A DNA stretch of 64,000 bases from a virus (Duplodnaviria; Caudoviricetes): IMG/VR virus record IMGVR_UViG_2513237329_000013, positions 63,252 through 127,251 of that record; one strand, 5' to 3'. The position numbers and the translations under genes are program-made. Below, piece by piece: positions 8,887 to 18,686 of the stretch. The notes under the pieces are model-generated. The model was given only the letters and a program-made list of their open reading frames with translations, did no database searches and was not told where the DNA came from. How positions within the stretch are numbered: the stretch's first letter is position 1; the number at the start of each line of letters is the position of its first letter.

Positions 8887-9801
8887 ATGAGCTTACTTGA
8901 TAAGTTTAACAGTATTGAGGTAAAGGCGGATACTCGTATTTCGGAGTGTGATCGTGAGTTTTGCATGGTCTATCATGAGGCTTATGTCAAAGGTCGCGCT
9001 GCATTGAAGTCCTTGCGTCAGTCAGTTGAGGAATATTTGAATGAGCAGCAGTCGATCATCTCTCGCGTTGTTCCAAAAGATGAGATGTACGACAGGTCGT
9101 TTTTTCTTGGGGACAGCGTACATGTCCATGATATCACAAGCCGTTTGCGTAACGCACATCATGTTCTCATTAGCGTCCTTGTTTCCTACTTTGAGAGAAC
9201 ATATAAGGTTTCGTTGGAGGCAAGCAAAATTGAAGAAGTTCTTCTTCCGAAAGAGCCAGATCGTTATGCGTCGCTCAGCAGTGCTGAATACAAAGAATAT
9301 TATGATGCTGTGGAAAACACGGAATTGAAGTACGAAGACATTCTCGACCAAATTTTCATTCAGCTTGGCGGTTTTTCGTTCCAGGAAAAGGCACTGAACG
9401 AGCTGAAGCAGAAAGCTCACGATGCTGCATGGAACAAATATTACGGGAACAAGTGTTATGAACAGAAAAAGGCTGTCATTTCCTTTTCTCACTATGCTTG
9501 TAGCTTTGATAGCTGGCACGAAGAGTATTATCACGGTGAGCATGAGATTCAGCTTACTGACGGAATGAAAAATGTCGTTCGCGCTCTTGCATATTTTGAG
9601 TGCGGCACTGCGGATAACATTCCTTGGATGCTCAATACTCTGCTTGGATATCAGTGGAAAACTTACAACACGGAAATGCAGCTTGGATTGGAAAAGCTGA
9701 AGAGTATCAAGTGTTTCAAAAACGGTCGCGTGGATGTTCGCTTTACCAGCGAGGCATTCGCCCGTGAGTTTGCAGAGATGTTTCTTGGAAATGAACTTTG
9801 A
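8887..9801 (+). CDS. Hypothetical protein, possibly DUF4942-like
   Basis: 304 aa; C-terminal IKCFKNGRVDVRF; lies upstream of the MTase-helicase. Confidence 0.6.
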   Translation: MSLLDKFNSIEVKADTRISECDREFCMVYHEAYVKGRAALKSLRQSVEEYLNEQQSIISRVVPKDEMYDRSFFLGDSVHVHDITSRLRNAHHVLISVLVSYFERTYKVSLEASKIEEVLLPKEPDRYASLSSAEYKEYYDAVENTELKYEDILDQIFIQLGGFSFQEKALNELKQKAHDAAWNKYYGNKCYEQKKAVISFSHYACSFDSWHEEYYHGEHEIQLTDGMKNVVRALAYFECGTADNIPWMLNTLLGYQWKTYNTEMQLGLEKLKSIKCFKNGRVDVRFTSEAFAREFAEMFLGNEL

Positions 9802-9813
9802 TGGAGGTACGTT

Positions 9814-10008
9814 ATGACAAAGCAAGAACGGCTTATTGTATCGGCTTATACCGGTGTGTTGATGTGTGACTTTTCGGAGTTTCAGATTTATGTGGAACAG
9901 CTCTTACAGCGACCAATTTTCACACATGAGCTTGCAATGGCAGATGTATGGCAAGAGATCAAGGAAAAATCTAAACCGGCGTTTCTGGCTCTATGTCGGG
10001 ATGAATAG
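9814..10008 (+). CDS. Conserved small phage protein
   Basis: GGAGG RBS; IVSAYTGVLMCDF. Confidence 0.7.
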   Translation: MTKQERLIVSAYTGVLMCDFSEFQIYVEQLLQRPIFTHELAMADVWQEIKEKSKPAFLALCRDE

Positions 10009-10017
10009 GAGGCATAT

Positions 10018-10293
10018 ATGGGAAAGTGCATTACAAGTTGTGGGAAGGACAAAGCTCGTTGCTGTACAGATGATTGTTTTCTTCGTGTTACAGAAGGTAG
10101 CCGCCTGAGAGATTTGAAGTACAACAATATTGCGTGTTTCTGTAGCGGATTGTCCATCTATGATGACGGAAAAGAGGTTTCCTGCGGTTTTATTGGAGAG
10201 GTTCTTCGTTCCGTTGCACATCTGGCGGATCGTGAGGTCGAGAGCTGCAACACATTTTTCGATATGTTTGTGATTCGCCTTAAAAAGAAGTAA
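10018..10293 (+). CDS. Hypothetical protein
   Basis: AGGAGG RBS. Confidence 0.7.
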   Translation: MGKCITSCGKDKARCCTDDCFLRVTEGSRLRDLKYNNIACFCSGLSIYDDGKEVSCGFIGEVLRSVAHLADREVESCNTFFDMFVIRLKKK

Positions 10294-10322
10294 GCAAATC
10301 AATATACCAGTGGGTAGTTATA
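10290..10322 (+). promoter_or_regulatory. Phage-specific bipartite promoter copy 7
   Basis: GTAAGCAA-N15-GGTAGTTATA. Confidence 0.75.
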
Positions 10323-10340
10323 GTGTATTGGAGGTGTAGC

Positions 10341-13300
10341 ATGAAATACAAATATTTAGGCCAGTCGATTCCGCAAGATAGCCGCCGTGAATTAAATAAT
10401 AAGATTCTTTATCTTGTAGATAACGATTTGGTTGAGTCTTCCGGTATTACCTGCGAGGATATCTATAACGCTTACACTGGCGATGGTGGATTGCACGGTC
10501 TGCGCTATTCTGATTACAACAGCTATTCCGAATACTCCAGCGCAAAGAAAGAAATTGAAAACGGTCAATTTTTCACACCGGATAGCGTGTGCAAGTTTAT
10601 CATGGATTGTCTCTCGTTGAGCAATCAGGATGTTTTTGCAGATCTGACATGTGGGATGGGCAATTTTTTCAATTACGCACCGATGGAGGCAAACGCTTAT
10701 GGTTGCGAATTGGATGCGAAAGCTTATAAGGTTGCACATTATCTATATCCAAAAGCAAATTTGACCTGTGGAGATATTCGCAGTTATGAACCTGGTATCA
10801 AGCTGGACTATGTTATTGGGAATCCTCCTTTCAATCTTCGTTGGTGGGTGGATGGCGCACAGATTCTTTCTCAGCTTTACTATTGCCAGAAAGCCGCAGC
10901 TTTGCTAAAGCCTATGGGCATTATGGCGCTTGTTGTGCCGAAGTCATTTCTTGCGGATGATTTTAGTGATAGCGGATTGATTAAGGAGATGGAAAAGCAT
11001 TTTAGTTTCCTTGGTCAGTTTATGCTTCGCGCAGATACTTTCGCATCAATGGGAGTTGCCGATTATGAGACAAAGGTGCAATTTTGGCAGCGTAATAGTG
11101 ATATGGATAGCTGGAAACGGAATCCGTACTCCACAGAGATGACAATGCAAGTGGATTGTATGAACGCAGCTATGGTCAGAAAGGTTCGTGAACAGATCGT
11201 AGCGGATGCTCAGGCGGTATTCGTGAAAAATCGTTCGCACATTTTACTGGAACTCGCAAGAGATCATGATTCATCTGCTGAGTTTTTGTACAATGTGAAG
11301 AAATACCTATACGCAATTAAAACGCACCCAAATCTCAAAGAAAAATACACGAAATGCTGTGAATATCTCAATCGTTACTATACGGAGAAACAGCCTGAAA
11401 GTATGTCTTATGAAGAGTGGTGTCGCGTCCGCTTGACTGAGGCAAAAGTATTGGCTTATTTACGGAATGTCGTAAAGTATCAGCACCCCGCTCAGTACGA
11501 GGATAAAATTTGTCTTGTAAAACGAGACTATGATCTTGTGTATAAGGCATATAGCCCCAAAATGGCGCGTCAATTATCGGATGAGATGAAAACGCCTACT
11601 CCGATTTATGATATTGCCATCAGTGAAGAAGATACAGAGCGATATGGAAGATACGCTCGGCTTTTGCGTCGCAAACAGCACGAATACAGTATTGAACAGC
11701 AAAAGTTTTCTGAAATGATTGAAGATGCTGACATTAAGTCGTGGCTGGATGGTTTTGTTCTGCATGATGAAGAAAATGAAGAAGATATTATGCTGAACAA
11801 TTTGCAAAAACACGACATCAATCTTGTTCTACAAAAGCGATATGCTCTTTTGCAGTGGGAACAGGGCTGCGGTAAGACTCTTGCTGGTATTGCTATTGGG
11901 CGTTATAGGATGGAACAGAAGAATGCGTTTTGCACGTTTGTTGTCTCTTCTGCAATCTCAATCAAGAACACCTGGGATGTCATGCTCCCTAATTTCGGAG
12001 TCAGATATGTTATGGTGAACAAGCTCGTTGATCTTGACAAGGTGCAGCGTGGAGATTTTGTCCTTATTACGCTGAACAAGCTTGGCAAATATCGTAAACA
12101 AGTAAAGCGCTGGGTGAGGATTCATAATCAAAATGTCGCACTTTGCTTTGATGAGAGCGATGAGATGACGAATCCATCCAGTTTACGCACGAAGTCTGTT
12201 CTGGACTGCTTTCGACGCTGCCGTTTTAAGCTTGAGATGACCGGTACAAGTACACGGAATAATATCAGCGAGTTTGCGCCGCAGTTGGAATTGGCCTATA
12301 ACAATTCGTTCAACATGATTTCCTGGTGCAATACAATCTATCATTATGATCGAGCCAGCAAGAAAGACGGCGTTGAAGAAGGTCTCCATGTATATGGGAA
12401 TCCGTATTATGGACAGCCTATCCCCGCATATCACAAGGGGTATAACCTTTTTGCAGATTCTCACCTTCCGGAAAAGATCACGGTCTTTGGCGTTGGACAG
12501 AGAACACAGGATATTTATAATGCGGACGAACTGGATAACATTCTTTCCAGATTTGTGATTACACGGACGCTGGAAGAAATATCAGGCAGAGATATCAAGC
12601 GTATCCACCAAGTCCCCGTTCGTTTTACGGAAAGCGAACGCGCGGTTTATACCAAAGCGATTGAAGAGTTTCATGTCATGCGTGGTAATTATTTTGCTTC
12701 GACTGGAAATTCTCGCAAGGATTCCATGATGCGGCTTATTCAGCAAATTACGCTATTGCTCAGAATCAGCGCAGCCCCTAATACAATTCGTGAGTATGAC
12801 GGAGGTTTGCCGACGAAAATTGCAAAAGTGATTGAAATGCTGCAGAGCATGAGCGGTGAGATCGTAGCAATCGGTGTACGGCACAAGGTTGTTGTTGATG
12901 CTTATGCAAAGGCAATTCGAGAGATCATGCCAGACAGACCTCTGTTTGTTGTTACGGGATCTACCACGACGCTTGCAAAGCGTAGAGCATTGCGTAAGAC
13001 CTTAAAAGAAAGCAAGAATGGAATCTTACTTTGTACACAGCAAAGCTTGCCAAGTTCTGTGAGCTTTGAATATGTGGATAAGGTAATAATTCCGGAGCTG
13101 CACTACAACAATTCTCGGATGAGCCAGTTTTATATGCGTTTTATTCGCTTTACTTCTAAGCGGATGAAGGATATCTATTTTGTTACCTATCTTGGTAGCA
13201 TTGAGTCGAACCAGATGCAGATGGTGCTTGCCAAGGAAAAGATCAATATGTTCATGCGAGGGAAAGATACCGACTTGGATGAAATCTATAATCGGTTTGG

Positions 13301-13394
13301 TGTGGACTATAATCTTCTGTCTGCTCTGATGTCACGCGAGGTGGATGAGAACGGGAAATTCCATATCAGGTGGGGCGAACAAGAAATTGCATGA
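10341..13394 (+). CDS. N6-adenine DNA methyltransferase fused to SNF2/SF2 helicase (DarB-like)
   Basis: GQFFTP, DLTCGMGNF (motif I), GNPPF (motif IV), QGCGKT Walker A, DESD, TGT. Confidence 0.85.
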   Translation: MKYKYLGQSIPQDSRRELNNKILYLVDNDLVESSGITCEDIYNAYTGDGGLHGLRYSDYNSYSEYSSAKKEIENGQFFTPDSVCKFIMDCLSLSNQDVFADLTCGMGNFFNYAPMEANAYGCELDAKAYKVAHYLYPKANLTCGDIRSYEPGIKLDYVIGNPPFNLRWWVDGAQILSQLYYCQKAAALLKPMGIMALVVPKSFLADDFSDSGLIKEMEKHFSFLGQFMLRADTFASMGVADYETKVQFWQRNSDMDSWKRNPYSTEMTMQVDCMNAAMVRKVREQIVADAQAVFVKNRSHILLELARDHDSSAEFLYNVKKYLYAIKTHPNLKEKYTKCCEYLNRYYTEKQPESMSYEEWCRVRLTEAKVLAYLRNVVKYQHPAQYEDKICLVKRDYDLVYKAYSPKMARQLSDEMKTPTPIYDIAISEEDTERYGRYARLLRRKQHEYSIEQQKFSEMIEDADIKSWLDGFVLHDEENEEDIMLNNLQKHDINLVLQKRYALLQWEQGCGKTLAGIAIGRYRMEQKNAFCTFVVSSAISIKNTWDVMLPNFGVRYVMVNKLVDLDKVQRGDFVLITLNKLGKYRKQVKRWVRIHNQNVALCFDESDEMTNPSSLRTKSVLDCFRRCRFKLEMTGTSTRNNISEFAPQLELAYNNSFNMISWCNTIYHYDRASKKDGVEEGLHVYGNPYYGQPIPAYHKGYNLFADSHLPEKITVFGVGQRTQDIYNADELDNILSRFVITRTLEEISGRDIKRIHQVPVRFTESERAVYTKAIEEFHVMRGNYFASTGNSRKDSMMRLIQQITLLLRISAAPNTIREYDGGLPTKIAKVIEMLQSMSGEIVAIGVRHKVVVDAYAKAIREIMPDRPLFVVTGSTTTLAKRRALRKTLKESKNGILLCTQQSLPSSVSFEYVDKVIIPELHYNNSRMSQFYMRFIRFTSKRMKDIYFVTYLGSIESNQMQMVLAKEKINMFMRGKDTDLDEIYNRFGVDYNLLSALMSREVDENGKFHIRWGEQEIA

Positions 13395-13398
13395 TGTG

Positions 13399-13431
13399 GT
13401 AAGCAAACGCAATATCTTGTGGGTAAATATA
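13399..13431 (+). promoter_or_regulatory. Phage-specific bipartite promoter copy 8
   Basis: GTAAGCAA-N15-GGTAAATATA. Confidence 0.7.
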
Positions 13432-13496
13432 TCAGAGGACACAAAAAGCCTTTTATCTTAGCAAAGGAGTTAGCAAATCAATATTGGAGGTGTCAT

Positions 13497-13637
13497 ATGA
13501 GCTACTCTTTCATCCATCGCGGAGGGCATATTGAAGTTGTTGACGCTATGGGACGATTTGTTTTGTCGGCAGATACAATAGCGGAAGCGTATAAGGAGTT
13601 GGCAAAAGAACTGGAAGCGTCAAGAAAGATCGAATAA
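13497..13637 (+). CDS. Small hypothetical protein
   Basis: GGAGGTG RBS, 46 aa. Confidence 0.6.
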   Translation: MSYSFIHRGGHIEVVDAMGRFVLSADTIAEAYKELAKELEASRKIE

Positions 13638-13664
13638 AATAAGCCTCCCCGAAACGGGGAGGCG
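13636..13664 (-). terminator. Hairpin/terminator (U-tract on minus strand)
   Basis: GCCTCCCC-GAAAC-GGGGAGGC preceded by an A-rich run. Confidence 0.55.
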
Positions 13665-13678
13665 GAAAGAGAGCATAT

Positions 13679-13882
13679 ATGGAAGAGACTTTCGTAAGAA
13701 TGCGCAAAGCAAATGGTGTAACGCAGCGAATGAAAGATTTCTGGACGGTTTCTGTGAAGGATGGAAAATATGTGATATCAGCTAATGGACAACCGATTTG
13801 TCATGGCACTGTTCAACTTGGACAGACATGCGAAGTCATTCTTCGTGAGTGTTGCGGCGGAGTTTTCAGTAGGGTTAGTTAG
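13679..13882 (+). CDS. Small hypothetical protein
   Basis: 67-aa ORF convergent with the ImmA-like gene. Confidence 0.5.
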   Translation: MEETFVRMRKANGVTQRMKDFWTVSVKDGKYVISANGQPICHGTVQLGQTCEVILRECCGGVFSRVS

Positions 13883-14489
13883 TAATTCTCTTCTGAAGAT
13901 ATACACGGCGCATGTCATTCTCCCAGGCGGTTTTTCTGTGATATCTTGTCCATTTCACATATTCAGACCAGCGGTGTTCAGATGCTTCTTTGGATAGGCC
14001 AAATACGCGCTTGATATCTGATGGAGATTCAATTCTGAGTATCTCATACAGCGGCATAGGGCAAAGTAATGTGGCGGCAAATTGATCTGCCTCCGATTCA
14101 AACTCCGGAGCAGTAAGGTTGTTAAAACCGTTTTCTGCAAGCATTGGTTCTGCGACCAGCGGAAGGTGCTTTAGGATGACATGTCCAAGTTCATGTGCTT
14201 TTGTCCATAATCTTCTCCCATCAACATTGTTATCGGCGCAATCTTCATTCCACAAGATAAGATAACGGTCATTTGCAATGTCATAGTGCGTACAGCCAGA
14301 TTTACTTTCACACAGAATGATTACATCCAGAACGGTACACTGGTTGATTGTAGCAAACTCCTGATAGGTCAGCGCTCTACAGTTTGGCAATTGTGCAAGG
14401 ATATCGTAGGTGCAGATTGGGAATGAGATGCTGTCCATTCCCCTATACACTTGCAATACTTGATTGTATATGTAAGGATATCTAATCAC
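13875..14489 (-). CDS. ImmA/IrrE-family metallopeptidase (anti-repressor)
   Basis: RRLWTKAHELGH and ESEADQFAATLLCP motifs. Confidence 0.9.
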   Translation of the reverse strand: MIRYPYIYNQVLQVYRGMDSISFPICTYDILAQLPNCRALTYQEFATINQCTVLDVIILCESKSGCTHYDIANDRYLILWNEDCADNNVDGRRLWTKAHELGHVILKHLPLVAEPMLAENGFNNLTAPEFESEADQFAATLLCPMPLYEILRIESPSDIKRVFGLSKEASEHRWSEYVKWTRYHRKTAWENDMRRVYLQKRITN

Positions 14490-14545
14490 GGATATATACC
14501 TCCAGTGGGATGTAGTATATCATATTCGGTGTCCAATAAAGCGGA

Positions 14546-14893
14546 CTAATTCTCGTCCTTAAAGGCATATTCAAAGCCAAGACGGATCATCTTCATCATT
14601 TTTTCACGATCTTGTGCTGACATTTTTGATTTTGCTCGCTGCAAGGATACAAAATCATCATCCGATAACAGTTCTTCCGCAGATGACGGAATGTCTGATA
14701 GTCCAATTAAGTAATCAGATGAAACGCCAAAGTATTTTGCGATGATCTTAACCTTATCAATAGACGGTGAAGTGTTTGTTTTCCATTTGCGGATTAAGGA
14801 TGTCCCGATTCCGAGATCTTCTTCCAATTTTGCCATAGTGATCCCGCGCTCAGCGCAAAGCTCCTTTATTCTAAGATACAAAATTGATTCCAT
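14546..14893 (-). CDS. XRE/Cro-CI HTH repressor (ImmR-like)
   Basis: RIKELCAERGITMAKLEEDLGIG...PSIDKVKIIAKYFGVSSDYLIG; GGAGG RBS before ATG 14893. Confidence 0.9.
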   Translation of the reverse strand: MESILYLRIKELCAERGITMAKLEEDLGIGTSLIRKWKTNTSPSIDKVKIIAKYFGVSSDYLIGLSDIPSSAEELLSDDDFVSLQRAKSKMSAQDREKMMKMIRLGFEYAFKDEN

Positions 14894-14935
14894 ATGGTTG
14901 TCCTCCAATGCAGATAATATTTTCACGCTTTTCTA

Positions 14936-14964
14936 TTGACAGCGATAAGATATTCTGCTATACT
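14936..14964 (+). promoter_or_regulatory. SigA promoter, rightward
   Basis: TTGACA-17-TATACT. Confidence 0.8.
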
Positions 14965-15000
14965 GCGTAGTGTCGATAAGATATTATCGCTATGGTTGAA

Positions 15001-15029
15001 ATTATAGACCATATTTTCGCGGCTGTCAA
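15001..15029 (-). promoter_or_regulatory. SigA promoter, leftward (repressor)
   Basis: Perfect TTGACA-17-TATAAT on the minus strand. Confidence 0.85.
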
Positions 15030-15062
15030 CATGATAATCAATATTGGAGGGTGTGTATCAGG

Positions 15063-15494
15063 ATGAATGTATTAAACGGTTCAGAGCAGTATGAGATGAG
15101 AGCAGAAGATTTTGGTATGGAGAGCGCACAGTCCGATAAGATCGTCCTCCCGTATCTTGGGATGTTATGGGGAGATTTTCTTTTGGATATTATGAACGCC
15201 GTATCTCGAAAGATGACGCTTCCTCATGACGCATTGTATGAGCAGCTTGTAAAACAAGTTTCTGCTGGATTCTCTTTTAATGTTCAGCCGGCGCAAATTC
15301 GTATCATTGCCTATGTTGATGTATTCCCGTTTGACGGAACATCGTTTCGTGATAGAGTTTTTGTTCAGGCCAGTAATGATGAGATTGCCTCGGTGTTGGA
15401 CAGGTTTTTTCAATGTGGTTGTTGTGGATTGGATGATGACTATTCTACATATTATCACGAAAAATATATGGCGTGGCGCGAAGCAAAAAAATAA
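15063..15494 (+). CDS. Hypothetical protein
   Basis: First gene after the switch promoter. Confidence 0.65.
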   Translation: MNVLNGSEQYEMRAEDFGMESAQSDKIVLPYLGMLWGDFLLDIMNAVSRKMTLPHDALYEQLVKQVSAGFSFNVQPAQIRIIAYVDVFPFDGTSFRDRVFVQASNDEIASVLDRFFQCGCCGLDDDYSTYYHEKYMAWREAKK

Positions 15495-15515
15495 AACTTA
15501 TTTAGCAATTTCCTA

Positions 15516-15544
15516 TTGACAAACGGCTTCCGCTGCGCTATACT
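15516..15544 (+). promoter_or_regulatory. SigA promoter flanked by AGYTAAACAA-like operators
   Basis: TTGACA-17-TATACT; operator-like boxes at about 15498 (reverse) and 15561. Confidence 0.8.
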
Positions 15545-15598
15545 ATCACTTGTAAGGAACAAGTTAAACAACTTATAATTTGAATAGGAGGGTGGCGC

Positions 15599-16558
15599 GT
15601 GGATAACAGTAGTTACCGTAGCCAGTATATTGCCTCTGATACTGCGAAAGTGTCTGAACAGTCCGCAAATGCGGTAATTGCATTTTGGAGGCGTGTCGCA
15701 AAGGCAGAGGGTGAAATCGGAAAGAATCTGGAAGATGGGTATTCAAAAGCAGAATACATCGAGCTGATCTCGAAGTTGAATATCACAAGCCCCAACGTCC
15801 TGCTTCCTACAAAAAGCCGAATCGGAAAGTATTTGAAGTGGCTGCGAGAAAAAGGTGTTCTTGAAAAAGAGTATGTCGATAATCTTTACGCCATTCGATA
15901 CAATGCGATTAACGCAAATCATGTTTACGACAGCAAGTATTTCAAGGATTTTGAGTCGTTACAATCTGCGATTGAATCTACCTTGTGGGCTGCTGAGAAA
16001 GTTGATGATAGCGTCTTTGCTCTTCAAATCTCTGCAATTTACTTTGCGTGGCTTGGTTTACACATCGAGGAGGCACTTCAAATCAAGAAAGATGATATTA
16101 AAGATGATTGTGTAAAAATCGGAGATCGAACCATCATTCCAAACAGTACGATTATGGCGTATCTTTGTGATTACCGTGATGCGGTTGACTACGAGTCTCA
16201 AGCAAAGGGTGTCATTCGTTTGAAGTATACAAACTCCGAATGGCTGTTTCGCACCGCTCGCTCGACGCATGTGGATGTACCTAAGGTAATGAGGATCTTC
16301 ATTCGTAACTTCGGTTTGGCCGGCAATGAAGAAGCAAATATCTTTAATTATGATAAGGTGTACTGGTCTGGCATATTCAGCCGTGCGTATGAATATGAGC
16401 AGGAAAACGGTGAAATTGAGGCTGGCAACATCCCACTTCTTGAAAATTTGTTTAATGAAAAGTATCCATCTGTTTCTGTAGCGCATAAGCGTTTGCATGA
16501 ATATCAAGGTTTCAAGCAGCATTTCTTTTCTGATATCGCCTCCAATGAGGAAGCTTAA
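15599..16558 (+). CDS. Tyrosine-recombinase-fold protein lacking the catalytic Arg (MrpR/YopR-like repressor)
   Basis: WLGLHIEEALQIKKDDI (box I with R replaced by H); SAM-like N-terminus with IGKYLKWL; no HxxR. Confidence 0.6.
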   Translation: MDNSSYRSQYIASDTAKVSEQSANAVIAFWRRVAKAEGEIGKNLEDGYSKAEYIELISKLNITSPNVLLPTKSRIGKYLKWLREKGVLEKEYVDNLYAIRYNAINANHVYDSKYFKDFESLQSAIESTLWAAEKVDDSVFALQISAIYFAWLGLHIEEALQIKKDDIKDDCVKIGDRTIIPNSTIMAYLCDYRDAVDYESQAKGVIRLKYTNSEWLFRTARSTHVDVPKVMRIFIRNFGLAGNEEANIFNYDKVYWSGIFSRAYEYEQENGEIEAGNIPLLENLFNEKYPSVSVAHKRLHEYQGFKQHFFSDIASNEEA

Positions 16559-16607
16559 AAGGCGAAAAGCCTTTTAGGTTTTACATAGGAATTAGCTAAA
16601 CAAGATA

Positions 16608-16666
16608 TGTCTGAATAGTTTCCGGTGAAACGCAGTTGAGAGCAGGTTCAACTCCTGAGCGGATAC
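16608..16666 (+). ncRNA. Degenerate tRNA-like element lacking an anticodon arm
   Basis: D-like arm GTTT-CCGGTG-AAAC, T arm CAGG-TTCAACT-CCTG, weak acceptor TGTCTG/CGGATA. Confidence 0.4.
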
Positions 16667-16696
16667 AAAGCTAATCTTATGAACGAGAGAGGGGTG

Positions 16697-16957
16697 ATGC
16701 GATTGGTTGGGTGTCAGTATTGCAAGAAAGCTCGTGCTTTCTGGGCTTACGATAGCCACGGAAGTCCTCACGGAAGCTATCAGAACGCACATATTGAGGT
16801 TGGAACGAATATCTTCCACGATACCGCTGGGCGGCAAATGCGCATTCGTTACTGTCCTATGTGCGGAAGATCTCTGCTGGATACCTCAGATGCGGGGGGG
16901 GTAACACAAGTGTTGTTTCCATTTTTGCAGCCCCGAAATCGTCTCGCCGTATCCTAA
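16697..16957 (+). CDS. Small Zn-binding phage protein
   Basis: CQYC...YCPMCGRSL; contains a G8 tract at 16894. Confidence 0.6.
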   Translation: MRLVGCQYCKKARAFWAYDSHGSPHGSYQNAHIEVGTNIFHDTAGRQMRIRYCPMCGRSLLDTSDAGGVTQVLFPFLQPRNRLAVS

Positions 16958-16979
16958 CTTAAATTAAGGAGTGTATGAA

Positions 16980-17219
16980 ATGGCTAACAAGCGAAACGAC
17001 AGCGGTTACTTCTGGGTTGATAAGACTTTGACCTGTAACGGCTGTAAGTTCCTCAACTTTTACAAGTGTGGTTGCCGACGCAACCAAGAGCCTGGAAAGG
17101 TTCGTCCGCTTTCGTCCTATACCAATGGCGATGATTATGTCGCGGTTCTCAAGCCTACGGACTGCGATTATCAGAAAGAGCAGAAGCCGCAGGTTAAGGA
17201 TGATAAGGAGAATGAGTAA
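16980..17219 (+). CDS. Cys-rich hypothetical protein
   Basis: AAGGAG RBS. Confidence 0.65.
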   Translation: MANKRNDSGYFWVDKTLTCNGCKFLNFYKCGCRRNQEPGKVRPLSSYTNGDDYVAVLKPTDCDYQKEQKPQVKDDKENE

Positions 17220-17389
17220 TGCCCATATTTGTTCTCCTTGTGTTTGTGGGTGCAGCTCTTTTGTGGCTGCTACTGTCCTTTGGCTTTATCCCTATCGGTA
17301 AGTTGTCCAACAGACTTCTGAAAGATGCTTCTGATGCAATGTCAAAGGATGAAAAAGATGAAAAAATTGAAGATAAGGAAGAAAAATAA
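17219..17389 (+). CDS. Small membrane protein (56 aa, not in ORF track)
   Basis: TAATG coupling; MPIFVLLVFVGAALLWLLLSFGF TM helix. Confidence 0.65.
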   Translation: MPIFVLLVFVGAALLWLLLSFGFIPIGKLSNRLLKDASDAMSKDEKDEKIEDKEEK

Positions 17390-17392
17390 CCT

Positions 17393-18292
17393 ATGAGAAA
17401 GAATGGTTTTGTTGGTGCTATCGTTTTGGCGATCATCATTTTTGGCGGCGTGATTCTCGGTTTTAGCTGTACATCGCGTGTCCCTACCGGTTATGTCGGA
17501 GTCGTTTATAATATGAACGGCGGCGTTGATGGTGAGGTTCTGAGTCAGGGCTGGCATCTTGTAGCGCCTACAAAGAAAGTAACCACCTATTCTATCGGTT
17601 TGGAGCAGTCCTACCTTACAAGCGAGGAAAAGGGTGACTCTCCGAACGATGAGAGCTTTTCCATTCCGACGTCCGATGGCAAGACTGTTCGTGTAAATCT
17701 TGAGTTCTCTTACAGATTTGACGAAGAGCGTGTTGCTGAAACATTTACGACTTTCAAGGGCAAGTCTGGAGAACAGATTAAGGATACATTTATTAAGCCT
17801 AAGATTATTGCGTGGACGCAGGAGGTTTCTGCAAATTACCCCGTCACTGACATCTTTGGCGATAAGCGTACTGAAATCAATGCTGAGTTGGACACCTATT
17901 TGCGTGATAAGTTCGATAAGTACGGCATTATTATCGACACAGTAAACTTCACTGATATCAGTGTAGATGATGAAACCGCCGCCGCAATTCAGAAGAAGGT
18001 CACTGCGCAGCAGGAACTTGAACTGGCTAATATCGAGGCTCAGACTGCCAAGGTTCAGGCCGAAAAGGATCGTCAGGTTGCTGAAATCAACGCTGAGAAG
18101 CAGATCATTGATGCAAATGCGAAGGCTGAGGTAACGCGCATTGAAGCAGAAGCAGAAGCTCAGGCAAACCGTGAGATTGCCGCATCCCTCACCCCAAATC
18201 TGATTGAGAAGATCAAGTACGAGCGCTGGAATGGTGAGCTTCCTACCGTATCTGGTTCTGGAGCAATCGTCAGTATTGACGGCGTTGACTGA
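17393..18292 (+). CDS. SPFH/band-7/prohibitin membrane protein
   Basis: N-terminal TM, VPTGYVGV, GWHLVAP, AE-rich coiled coil, WNGELP. Confidence 0.9.
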   Translation: MRKNGFVGAIVLAIIIFGGVILGFSCTSRVPTGYVGVVYNMNGGVDGEVLSQGWHLVAPTKKVTTYSIGLEQSYLTSEEKGDSPNDESFSIPTSDGKTVRVNLEFSYRFDEERVAETFTTFKGKSGEQIKDTFIKPKIIAWTQEVSANYPVTDIFGDKRTEINAELDTYLRDKFDKYGIIIDTVNFTDISVDDETAAAIQKKVTAQQELELANIEAQTAKVQAEKDRQVAEINAEKQIIDANAKAEVTRIEAEAEAQANREIAASLTPNLIEKIKYERWNGELPTVSGSGAIVSIDGVD

Positions 18293-18305
18293 TCGGAGGA
18301 TATGA

Positions 18306-18590
18306 ATGAAAAATAAGGTTCGTGATATCCTTGCGGATAAGAAAGTGAAGCTGCAAGAATTGACTGCACAGGCAGAAGCGGCGGTTGATCTTGTAACGAG
18401 AACAATTTCTGGTTTGGAGCTTGTCAACCAAGAAATTGATGACACGGTTGCAGAAATTGACAAGTATTCTGCTGAGCTTGCGTGTACGCGAGTGGAGCTT
18501 AGCAAGAATCGTACACACAATGCTGCGATCATTGCAAATTTTGCAAGACTTCTGGAAGTTCCGGAAACAGAAAGTCAGCCAGTAGCCTAA
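18306..18590 (+). CDS. Coiled-coil hypothetical protein
   Basis: GGAGG RBS. Confidence 0.7.
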   Translation: MKNKVRDILADKKVKLQELTAQAEAAVDLVTRTISGLELVNQEIDDTVAEIDKYSAELACTRVELSKNRTHNAAIIANFARLLEVPETESQPVA

Positions 18591-18602
18591 TAGCTACTTG
18601 TA

Positions 18603-18658
18603 ACGACGCGAACAGCAATTTTCTTACATATATTTGGGTTATATCGTACATGCGTCGT
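18603..18658 (+). ncRNA. ACAGCAA-module RNA 1 enclosing a Pro(TGG) anticodon stem-loop
   Basis: Closing stem ACGACGCG/TGCGTCGT; AACAGCAAT; ATATA-TTTGGGT-TATAT. Confidence 0.7.
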
Positions 18659-18686
18659 GTGAAATAAAACTTGGAGGAATAACATC

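Noticed and set aside
15599-16558. Active tyrosine integrase
   Set aside because: The catalytic Arg and HxxR are missing, and a serine integrase is present elsewhere.
17342-18532. 396-aa minus-strand ORF (likewise 4282-5172, 106-789, 9022-9825)
   Set aside because: Antisense shadows of well-supported + strand genes, with no RBS or motifs.
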